This document shows, piece by piece, positions 7,681 to 14,687 of a stretch of 32,000 bases of DNA. How positions within the stretch are numbered: the first letter of the stretch is position 1; each line of letters starts with the position of its first letter. The DNA is from Candidatus Peribacter riflensis (GTDB lineage: Bacteria > Patescibacteriota > Gracilibacteria > Peribacterales > Peribacteraceae): NCBI GenBank assembly GCA_001430755.1, contig CP013062.1:240001-272000 (forward strand). Reading direction: 5' to 3'. The position numbers were made by a program, and so were the translations under genes. Below the pieces are notes generated by a model. The model made no database searches and was not told the DNA's origin. It saw only the letters and a list, made by a program, of their open reading frames with translations.

Positions 7681-10245
7681 ATGCCCATCATCCCTCCAGA
7701 AGACAACGGCGATATCCCATCTGAGGACAAGGGTCAACCGAACCTGCCGCGTGGTGGTCTCAGTGATGTGCAGTGGCAAGAGTTTGAGGATTGGTTTTAC
7801 CATGGTGCGGATTTAAGATTAGATGGTCCTGAGGATCTCACTCCTGAAGAATTACAGAGAGAAATTTCTAAATTCCATGAAGAGAAACAGCATGGTGAAA
7901 CACCAAAGATGGGAGTATCCGAGAATATTGCAGGTCAACGTGAGGCAACTGGAAAAAAAGCACAGGACATAGCCGGTGAAGCTGCCGGAGAGGGCGGAAT
8001 ACAGTTTCTGATGTCTGACGGCAATCCCGCGGATCCTCCCCTCGTTGCTGAATATGTACGATGGAGAGATCAGAAATTCATCCCACCTCTTCCGGACGGG
8101 TGGACTCGGGATAATCAACAGAATTTGTTTCAGGAGTTTCTTGAGGAACGTTCATTGGGTGGTGCTGCCACTGAGCCCTGGAACAATACTGCGGGATCCG
8201 GAGAGCAGAGCAGACCGCAGGCACAACGTCCTGACACATTGGCGGAGCGACATGAAGGATATTATCAAGAACTTATGAGACTCCGTTCTCATGCGGAGCG
8301 CGTAGCAGGAATTGGTTTCTATCTTGATAGAGGTTTGATTACTGAAGACATAGCAGAGATTTTCCGTGATCGTTTGCGTCACGAACCGCAGGAAGCTGTG
8401 GCTGAAGCGGATGATTCGCGCAGCGAATCAGGTGATGGTTATGCTGTAGAAACTCCTGCAGCAGGAACGCCTGCGATTCTTGCTGCGGCGAAACAAAAAA
8501 AGCAGAAGAAGAGCTTATATCGTAGATATCGAGAAAGTCGCCAACGTTGGAAGCAGCTTGGGCATACCATTGACCATGGAGTGCGTGGTACCGTTACGGG
8601 TGGGGTTGTAGGAGGTATCACGGGTCTCACCGCATTGCAGGGATTCCAGAATCTTCTTGGGGTGGGAGGGGCAATGGGCAGCGGATTTGCGAACGTTGTC
8701 TGCATGGGGCTGCCGGCGGCTCCACTGCTATACCGGCCCGCTTGTTGGGTGTACGCAAAAAGGAAACACGAGGATATCAAAATCGCATATGATCAGTGCA
8801 CAAAAGATTCCCTGCACCTGGATGGTGTCCCATTAGAGGAGCATCAGCGAGTGTTCCAGCGCGAAATCAACCAACCGACCGTTGAATTGATCGATCAACC
8901 AGGAGAGCAAGAGTTCATCAAGGCGTTTCACATGGTCATACGCGATCGTCTCGCCAATATTCCCCATTTGTTAACCGAGGAACGGTATGCACAATACTGC
9001 TTCACGGTGATGGTGGAGGCGTGCAAAAATTCAGCTGCCAAAGAGGAGAATGCGCGGAACGGAGCGGAAAAGATTCTGGCGAACTATCACCCGTTTGATA
9101 CTGCGGGAAACCGATTACCCGATGCTGCAGAAAGAATTTTGCACATGCGGCAGATTTCCATCACATACGGCAAGATGCTCGCCGAACGTGAGCGCCAGGA
9201 GGGTGAGAGTCAGATCACGGGTGCCATTGTCGGCGCATCGATTGCGCTCCTCTTCACCTACGGACCCCTAGCTCCCATTATCGGTGGCATCGCATGGACC
9301 GGGCGGAGGCTGTGGTGCAGGCATAAGGAAGCGCAAGTGCACATTGAGGTGAATGAGCGAAATGAACTGGTAGGGAAGGAGGGTCAGCCGATTTATAACC
9401 CTACAACCTATCGTAGTGATGTGGTATCACTCTATCGAAACGGTGATTTTGTCACACAGGCGGAGGACGAGGCGAAGCGCAAAGAATGGCGTGAGGAGGA
9501 AGGGGTAAAGTCGTGGTTGAAATCTATCGTCATACCTGCGGAATCAGTACAGCGCTGCCGGACCGGCGCCATAAAGACGCCGCGCGGCTTGGCTCTGGAG
9601 ACCGCTCCGCGGGTACAGGAGCAACTGAAAAATCAGAGAATTGAACACCGGCCTCCAGTGAACACATCAAAAGTACGCGAAATTGAAATGCAAATTGAGG
9701 CGGAGACCGAGGACCTAAAGAATTTGCGTGCTCAGCGAAGCCCTTCAAAAGATGCGCTGGATCAGTGCGCAGCGAGACTGAAGGAACTGCGAAAAGCGCT
9801 CTCTGCAGAAAAGAACCCCAAACCACGATCTGGACCAGATGGAGTGATCCTCCCATTAACAATTGAAGAGATTGGAAAAAACGTTGATGCCGGTAAAGCC
9901 TTTGCCATTGCTGTTGTCGAAACCTTCCAGGCGAATGCCAAGCAGGGTTGGGTGCGCAAGAAGACTGGAGAGGCACTCGCTCCCGTTGGTTCTGCTTTTA
10001 AAGAAGCCGCGATTGACGTGGTAGTCAAGCCAGTCATCGTCGGGGGGTTGTCGGTTGGAGGTGTCTTTCTCGCCGGCAAACTCATAGGCGTGTTGGGGGG
10101 CATAACCGTCTCAACACCTGTCACTCTGACGATTGGCGGAGCGGTCGGAATTTATGCGCTTGTCCGAATGGCGGCATCTGCCATCAAGGATTTCAAATGG
10201 GGCAAAGGAGCCCATACAGAAAAGAAAGAACCGGATAAGAAATAA
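7681..10245 (+). CDS. 854-aa orphan membrane protein with three Gly-rich hydrophobic regions, an acidic N-terminus and a coiled-coil-like segment
   Basis: Long ORF with an ATG start. Hydrophobic, Gly-rich regions at aa 303-358 (nt 8587-8754), aa 512-541 (nt 9214-9303) and aa 779-833 (nt 10015-10179). No signal peptide and no recognisable enzymatic motif. Confidence 0.85.
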   Translation: MPIIPPEDNGDIPSEDKGQPNLPRGGLSDVQWQEFEDWFYHGADLRLDGPEDLTPEELQREISKFHEEKQHGETPKMGVSENIAGQREATGKKAQDIAGEAAGEGGIQFLMSDGNPADPPLVAEYVRWRDQKFIPPLPDGWTRDNQQNLFQEFLEERSLGGAATEPWNNTAGSGEQSRPQAQRPDTLAERHEGYYQELMRLRSHAERVAGIGFYLDRGLITEDIAEIFRDRLRHEPQEAVAEADDSRSESGDGYAVETPAAGTPAILAAAKQKKQKKSLYRRYRESRQRWKQLGHTIDHGVRGTVTGGVVGGITGLTALQGFQNLLGVGGAMGSGFANVVCMGLPAAPLLYRPACWVYAKRKHEDIKIAYDQCTKDSLHLDGVPLEEHQRVFQREINQPTVELIDQPGEQEFIKAFHMVIRDRLANIPHLLTEERYAQYCFTVMVEACKNSAAKEENARNGAEKILANYHPFDTAGNRLPDAAERILHMRQISITYGKMLAERERQEGESQITGAIVGASIALLFTYGPLAPIIGGIAWTGRRLWCRHKEAQVHIEVNERNELVGKEGQPIYNPTTYRSDVVSLYRNGDFVTQAEDEAKRKEWREEEGVKSWLKSIVIPAESVQRCRTGAIKTPRGLALETAPRVQEQLKNQRIEHRPPVNTSKVREIEMQIEAETEDLKNLRAQRSPSKDALDQCAARLKELRKALSAEKNPKPRSGPDGVILPLTIEEIGKNVDAGKAFAIAVVETFQANAKQGWVRKKTGEALAPVGSAFKEAAIDVVVKPVIVGGLSVGGVFLAGKLIGVLGGITVSTPVTLTIGGAVGIYALVRMAASAIKDFKWGKGAHTEKKEPDKK

Positions 10246-10253
10246 CCTATACA

Positions 10254-11216
10254 ATGATGAGCTTCCGTTTCATCCCATCTTCGGCTCTTCCCCTCCCGCA
10301 TCATCGTGCGGAAACCTCCACTGAGGCCGAACGGCGCCTGCTCTTCAAAGAAAAGACGCCCGAAGCCTCTGCGGAAGCACCGAAAGGAAAAGAAAAACCG
10401 AAGGAAGGTGGAGAGAAGCCCAAAGACGATAAGGGTGACTCTGTGGAAAAGAAGGTGGGTAAGGAGACCAAAGAAACAGGAAAAGCCGTCAAAGATGTCG
10501 TGCCCGAGGCAGATGCACCTCTGGTGCCAGAACCGCTCAAGCCGAAAGAAGGTCCGCAGTATGTTCAGTTGCCTTCCATCACTGAGGGGCTGAAGCAAAC
10601 GCGCAATGCAATCCTCACGGCAATCGGAATTGCTCTGCCTCCACTGGGAATCGCGGGATTGGCCGCAGGCGGGACTGCGCGGTATCTCAGCAGTAAGAGG
10701 ACAGATGCCCCTCTCAGCCTTGGTCGCGCGGTGAAAGACACTTTCGTCACTGCGCCGAAGGAAGGGGTCAAGAGCATTTTCAGGGCGCTGACGTATCCGT
10801 TCCGTCTAGGCGGAGCTGCCGGTATCAACACGCTCAAGTTCTCCGGAGACAAGCTCTATCGCGGACTCGATGCCACGGTGGGCGAGCTCTATCGCGATCT
10901 CAGGACTGCGATCAATCACAAATTCCAATTTCCCGAGGGGACCAATCTGCTTGCTGCAGTGATGCTCGGGATCAAGCGCACACTTCTGTTCCCCAAGGAT
11001 GCTGTGAGGTGGTATGCGGGCATGTGGAAAGCTCATCCCAAGACCACGCTTGCCGCCACCATCGCAATTCCGTGGATCACCATGCATGGAGCCTGGCCCG
11101 AGGTGATTGCATGGGGCAGGGATCTCTCGATCGGGATTCTGAATATCATTCAGGGCATCGCTGGCAAACTTGTCGCTCCCGGGGCGATTCCCCCTATTGT
11201 GCCTCCCATTCCATAA
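10254..11216 (+). CDS. 320-aa orphan membrane protein with a Lys/Glu/Pro-rich N-terminal region
   Basis: The ATG lies 8 nt after the previous stop. aa 30-100 are low-complexity KEKPKEGGEKPKDDK. There is a hydrophobic hairpin at aa 118-141 (AILTAIGIALPPLGIAGLAAGG) and further hydrophobic segments near the C-terminus. Confidence 0.8.
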   Translation: MMSFRFIPSSALPLPHHRAETSTEAERRLLFKEKTPEASAEAPKGKEKPKEGGEKPKDDKGDSVEKKVGKETKETGKAVKDVVPEADAPLVPEPLKPKEGPQYVQLPSITEGLKQTRNAILTAIGIALPPLGIAGLAAGGTARYLSSKRTDAPLSLGRAVKDTFVTAPKEGVKSIFRALTYPFRLGGAAGINTLKFSGDKLYRGLDATVGELYRDLRTAINHKFQFPEGTNLLAAVMLGIKRTLLFPKDAVRWYAGMWKAHPKTTLAATIAIPWITMHGAWPEVIAWGRDLSIGILNIIQGIAGKLVAPGAIPPIVPPIP

Positions 11217-11223
11217 TTTCTCC

Positions 11224-11529
11224 ATGTCTTTCAATCTATTCAACATCTTTCGGCCCCGTTCACCCGAAGAGGCGTCGAAAGCCGGAGTGAAAGTGGAGGC
11301 GCCGGGCTGGGCGGACTATGTGTCGCAGACCATCGGTGGCATCGGGTATGCAGCCAAGAACGCCTTGCGTGCGGTCGTCACCGCCCCCACGCACCTTGCG
11401 ATGGGCACGCTTGCACTGGGCAGGCGCAGCGTTGAAGGGACGCTCAGCGTTCTCACGAATCCCGTGTTCCGGCTCATCGATGGCTACCATACACGCATCG
11501 ACAAGCTGCTGGCGTTCGGGGGAAAGTGA
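11224..11529 (+). CDS. 101-aa orphan protein, last gene of the block
   Basis: The internal ATG at 11224 lies 7 nt after the previous stop; the track ORF start at 11170 would overlap the 320-aa gene. The N-terminus MSFNLFNIFRP resembles MMSFRFIPSS of the 320-aa protein. A VTAP...NPVFRL motif is shared with that protein. Confidence 0.6.
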   Translation: MSFNLFNIFRPRSPEEASKAGVKVEAPGWADYVSQTIGGIGYAAKNALRAVVTAPTHLAMGTLALGRRSVEGTLSVLTNPVFRLIDGYHTRIDKLLAFGGK

Positions 11530-11534
11530 GCGAG

Positions 11535-11552
11535 TTTCCTCGTGAGAGGAAA
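11535..11552 (+). terminator. Hairpin after the four-gene block (7-bp stem, GTGA loop), no U-tract
   Basis: TTTCCTC-gtga-GAGGAAA starts 6 nt after the stop at 11529. It is followed by gtacagg, not a T-run, so terminator function is doubtful. Confidence 0.25.
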
Positions 11553-11685
11553 GTACAGGATCGGGTAGAGCGTCTTCTTTTCTTCGTGTACCCTGCCCGC
11601 GACACATGGCCACTCTCATCCTTGCAGACCCGACTTCGCCTCGCTCCACTCGGCTCCGCCGGGCAGGCGGCACCATTTCTCTTTA

Positions 11686-12813
11686 ATGTCTCAACTCATT
11701 CTCCAAGATGGCTCAACATTCAAAGGTGAGTCATTTGGTGCACCAGTCGATACCGATGGTGAGGTGGTCTTCAACACGGGCATGGCTGGGTATGTCGAGA
11801 GCCTCACGGATCCCAGCTACGAGGGGCAGATCCTCGTCTTCACCTACCCGCTCATCGGCAATTACGGCGTACCCACCGAGGAGAAGAACGAGTACGGGTT
11901 TGCCTTAAACCTCGAGAGTGAGCGCATCCACGTGCGCGGTGTGATCATGGCACAGGGCAGCGAGGACTTCAGTCATCAGGCTGCGGCCAGCTCGCTTCGG
12001 CGGTGGCTGGAACATCACAAGATCCCTGCCATCACGGGGGTCGATACGCGGGCCCTGACGAAGAAGCTCCGCGAGCACGGTGTGATGCTGGGGAGGATTG
12101 TCCAGGGTGAAGAATTAGGAATAAAGAATAAAGAATTAAGCACGACGATTGAGGATCCCAATGAGCGGAATCTGGTTGCCGAGGTGAGCTGCAAGGAACC
12201 CGTGACCTATGAACCTCAAGAGAATGCGACCGGCAAGTCCGTCATCGTCTTCGACTGCGGCATCAAAAATAACATTCTCCGCAGTTTTCTCAGGAGGGGC
12301 ATCACCGTGCACCGCGTTCCGTGGAATTATGATCTCGCGTCTTCACCACTCACGTTCGACGGGGTCTTCATCAGTAACGGTCCCGGCGACCCCAAGAAGT
12401 GCGACGCGACGATCCGGCAGATCCAGTGGAGTATCGCAAAGAACCTGCCCACCTTCGGCATTTGCCTGGGCAATCAGCTCATGGCGCTTGCCATCGGCGG
12501 CGATACCTTCAAGCTCAAGTACGGCCATCGCGGGGTGAACCAGCCGTGCGTGGAATGGGAACTCGGGAACTCGGGAAATTGGGAACCCGGAAAGCGGTGC
12601 ATCATCACGTCGCAGAACCACGGCTTCGCGGTGAAGCCAGATGCGCTGCCCGCGGGCTGGCATATCTGGTTTACGAACGCGAATGACGGCACGGTGGAGG
12701 GGATAGCGCACGAATCGGGCAGGTTCTTCTCGGTGCAGTTTCATCCAGAAGCAACCCCGGGACCAGAAGACGCCAATTACCTGTTTGATGAGTTTGTGAA
12801 AGTGCTGGAATGA
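11686..12813 (+). CDS. carA: Carbamoyl-phosphate synthase small (glutamine amidotransferase) subunit
   Basis: The N-domain GEVVFNTGMAGYVESLTDPSYEGQILVFTYPLIGNYGVP is diagnostic. The GATase nucleophile elbow GICLGNQ and the FHPE motif are present. The length (375 aa) fits. No carB is adjacent. Confidence 0.95.
   Translation: MSQLILQDGSTFKGESFGAPVDTDGEVVFNTGMAGYVESLTDPSYEGQILVFTYPLIGNYGVPTEEKNEYGFALNLESERIHVRGVIMAQGSEDFSHQAAASSLRRWLEHHKIPAITGVDTRALTKKLREHGVMLGRIVQGEELGIKNKELSTTIEDPNERNLVAEVSCKEPVTYEPQENATGKSVIVFDCGIKNNILRSFLRRGITVHRVPWNYDLASSPLTFDGVFISNGPGDPKKCDATIRQIQWSIAKNLPTFGICLGNQLMALAIGGDTFKLKYGHRGVNQPCVEWELGNSGNWEPGKRCIITSQNHGFAVKPDALPAGWHIWFTNANDGTVEGIAHESGRFFSVQFHPEATPGPEDANYLFDEFVKVLE
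12557..12588 (+). repeat. In-frame G3N5 x4 tract inside carA (GGGAACTCGGGAACTCGGGAAATTGGGAACCC)
   Basis: Four GGG runs are separated by 5-nt loops on the sense strand. The tract encodes ELGNSGNWEP, about 9 aa more than E. coli CarA between the HP and ITAQNHG positions. Confidence 0.8.
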
Positions 12814-12835
12814 GAATGTACGATTACACCCTTTT

Positions 12836-12859
12836 CCACCTTTGTCGTCACAAAGGTGG
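12836..12859 (+). terminator. Perfect 10-bp hairpin downstream of carA (no U-tract)
   Basis: CCACCTTTGT-cgtc-ACAAAGGTGG lies 23 nt after the carA stop. It is followed by agccaaaag. Confidence 0.3.
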
Positions 12860-13089
12860 AGCCAAAAGACTGGCGCGCCGACGCCCGCTCCGCCCGGCCC
12901 CGTGTCTCCTCGTCAGCTCCTACAAGGATTCGGAGCTGACTCGTCGACGCTTCGCAAACAGGGCCTTCCCCTTCACCCCCCGCGGCGCGCCCCTCCCAAT
13001 AGTGCTGTGAGTGTGTTGAATGTGGAAGGCATGGAGAGACGGTTCAGATATTCTTCAGCTTCTTCCATTATTCCTTGTACAATGCCACT

Positions 13090-13707
13090 GTGAATTTTGT
13101 TGTGCTCAGTTCTTCCCGGGGTACTACATTCCAAGCCGTCATCGAGGCGATGCAGAAGGGCGCACTCACGGCGAAGTGCCTGGGGCTCGTGACGGACAGT
13201 GCGGACAAGGCGTGCATCGACAAGGCGAAGGCGGCGGGGCTGCCGTTCAAGATTGTGCCGAAGGTGAAGGGGGAATCGCGCGAAGACTTTGACCGGCGCG
13301 TGCACGACGCCGTTGTTTCTTTGGGGGTGGAGAAGAACACGGTCATCGCGGCGCTTGGCTGGATGTTTATTTTCAGCTCCTGGTTCATCCAGACGTGGAA
13401 GGACCGGATCATCAACGTGCATCCCGCGCTGTTGCCCAAGCACGGCGGCAAGGGGATGTACGGTCATCACGTGCACGCGGCGGTGCTCTTGGCGCAGGAG
13501 AAGGAGAGCGGGGTCACCATCCACCTCATGGATGAAGGCGTGGATACCGGCCGCATCCTCCTGCAGAAAACCTGCCCCGTGCTGCCCGGCGACACGCCCG
13601 ACACGCTCCAGAAACGCGTGCAGGAGCTGGAAAAGGAGTGGTATCCCAAGGTATTGCAGATGGTGGAGACGGGGGAGATTCTGCTACCTTCTCGGCTGTC
13701 ACCCTGA
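13090..13707 (+). CDS. purN: Phosphoribosylglycinamide formyltransferase
   Basis: A GTG start at 13090 gives MNFVVLSSSRGTTFQAVIEA, colinear with E. coli PurN MNIVVLISGNGSNLQAIIDA. Motifs NVHPALLPKHGG and HLMDEGVDTGRIL are present. The track start at 13075 is a TTG overlapping a TACAAT -10-like box (13078-13083). Confidence 0.9.
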   Translation: MNFVVLSSSRGTTFQAVIEAMQKGALTAKCLGLVTDSADKACIDKAKAAGLPFKIVPKVKGESREDFDRRVHDAVVSLGVEKNTVIAALGWMFIFSSWFIQTWKDRIINVHPALLPKHGGKGMYGHHVHAAVLLAQEKESGVTIHLMDEGVDTGRILLQKTCPVLPGDTPDTLQKRVQELEKEWYPKVLQMVETGEILLPSRLSP

Positions 13708-13784
13708 GCTCTGTCGAAGGGTGACGTTCCTGTCATGGTTCGATCCTTCGGCACCGCTCAGGACAGGCTCCGCTCACCATGACA
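13698..13784. repeat. Double-hairpin intergenic repeat, copy A
   Basis: Hairpin 1 is GTCACCC-tgagctctgtcgaa-GGGTGAC (13698-13725). The second arm pair is GTCATGG (13732-13738) and CCATGAC (13777-13783). It shares 18-, 12- and 13-nt identical blocks with 22763-22847. It overlaps the purN stop codon and the first ATG (13779) of the next ORF. Confidence 0.6.
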
Positions 13785-13802
13785 TGGCTTTCCTTACACA
13801 TC

Positions 13803-14522
13803 ATGCCCACTCCCACCTTCACCGCCCGCTGCACCAGCTATCGCAAGATCGCGCATGACGTGTACGAGTTCACGCTCGCAACCCCGCAGGGCTTCTCGTT
13901 TCAGGCGGGGCAGTTCGTGATGTTCCAGGTACCGCTCGTCGAGAGCAGATCCGATGTGCAGGGTCGCGCCTTCTCCATCGCCTCCGCGCCGAGCGAACCT
14001 GAGCTGCTCTTCGTCGCCAAGATCAAGCAGGGGGGCCGCGCGGGACGGTGGATTTCTGAGGTGCTCACGGTTGGGGATGACGTTTTGTTCCAGGGGCCGC
14101 TGGGGAACTTCACGCTTGCCCCGAAGGCACAGGAACAGCAGCTCCTCTTTCTGGCCACGTGTTCCGGTGTCGCGCCGTTGCGCTCCCACATCGTCGAGGC
14201 GCTCCACCAGGGCGACACGCGGCCGATGGATCTGGTCTTCTGCGTGCGGAAAGATGAAGACCTGTTCTGGGCCGATCAGCTTTCGGCGCTCGCGCAGGCA
14301 CATGCCAACCTCCACCTGCATCTCACGCTCAGCCAGCCGTCGTCTTCGTGGAAGGGGCACACCGGCCACGTGCAGGATGTTGCCGAAGAGGTCATCGGCA
14401 ATCTCGCCGAGCGCAGCATCTACGTGTGCGGCGGGCCGGAAATGGTCAAGGCCGTGCGGATCAGGGCGCTGGAGCAATGGAAAATCCCGAAGGAGCGGGT
14501 GCACTCGGAGGATTACGTGTAG
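13803..14522 (+). CDS. FAD/NAD(P)H-binding oxidoreductase, Fre/ferredoxin-NADP reductase family
   Basis: Family motifs present: RAFSIAS (RxYS flavin-binding), GPLG, ATCSGVAP (GxGxxP-type NAD(P)H site) and YVCGGPEM. Overall colinear with E. coli Fre. The start is placed at ATG 13803 because ATG 13779 lies inside the intergenic repeat. Confidence 0.85.
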   Translation: MPTPTFTARCTSYRKIAHDVYEFTLATPQGFSFQAGQFVMFQVPLVESRSDVQGRAFSIASAPSEPELLFVAKIKQGGRAGRWISEVLTVGDDVLFQGPLGNFTLAPKAQEQQLLFLATCSGVAPLRSHIVEALHQGDTRPMDLVFCVRKDEDLFWADQLSALAQAHANLHLHLTLSQPSSSWKGHTGHVQDVAEEVIGNLAERSIYVCGGPEMVKAVRIRALEQWKIPKERVHSEDYV

Positions 14523-14544
14523 TTGTTTCTGCCTCACCCCCTAT

Positions 14545-14603
14545 CCCCCTCTCCAAACCCATCACACACCCGCCCTGGAGAGGGGGAACACCCTTTCTTT
14601 TTG
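14545..14603 (+). terminator. Hairpin CCCCCTCTCC...GGAGAGGGGG plus T-tract; candidate terminator of the flavin reductase gene
   Basis: The 10-bp arms lie at 14545-14554 and 14577-14586 (22-nt loop), followed by ccctttcttttt. It is part of a four-copy arrangement of the same 10-mer. Confidence 0.4.
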
Positions 14604-14620
14604 AATGAGCATGTAAACAG

Positions 14621-14671
14621 AAAAATGTGCGCCCCCTCTCCCTGCAGGCGTTGGCAGGATGGGAGAGGGGG
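14621..14671 (-). terminator. Mirror hairpin built from the same 10-mer; candidate terminator of the CofE-like gene
   Basis: The arms lie at 14632-14641 and 14662-14671. On the minus strand the hairpin is followed by cgcacattttt. Confidence 0.4.
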
Positions 14672-14687
14672 TTGGGGGGTGAGGCCT

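Noticed and set aside
11535-11685. Possible PyrR-type pyrimidine attenuator upstream of carA (the hairpin loop region reads cgtgagaggaaag, reminiscent of the PyrR box AGUCCAGAGAGGCU).
   Set aside because: Only the GAGAGG core matches. The UCCAGAG part and the antiterminator/terminator alternative structures are missing. The hairpin is better explained as the end of the preceding operon.
12860-13074. The 215-nt GC-rich spacer between carA and purN, with a 9-bp hairpin (12912-12940) and two GGCGCGCC palindromes, considered as a small RNA gene or small ORF (66-83-aa track ORFs).
   Set aside because: I see no match to conserved motifs of SRP RNA, 6S, tmRNA or RNase P. The ORFs are Arg/Pro-rich with no start context. 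The hairpin is real but there is too little evidence to call a feature.
13735-13748. GGTTCGATCC, identical to a tRNA T-arm/T-loop consensus. This raised the possibility of a tRNA or tRNA-derived element.
   Set aside because: The flanks cannot form a T-stem (catgg versus cttcg). No acceptor, D or anticodon arms are present. The motif is part of the double-hairpin repeat, whose second copy reads ggttcgacag.
13794-14537. 247-aa minus-strand ORF that mirrors the flavin-reductase ORF almost exactly.
   Set aside because: The plus-strand frame carries the full Fre/FNR motif set (RAFSIAS, GPLG, GxGxxP-like, CGGPEM). The minus frame has none.
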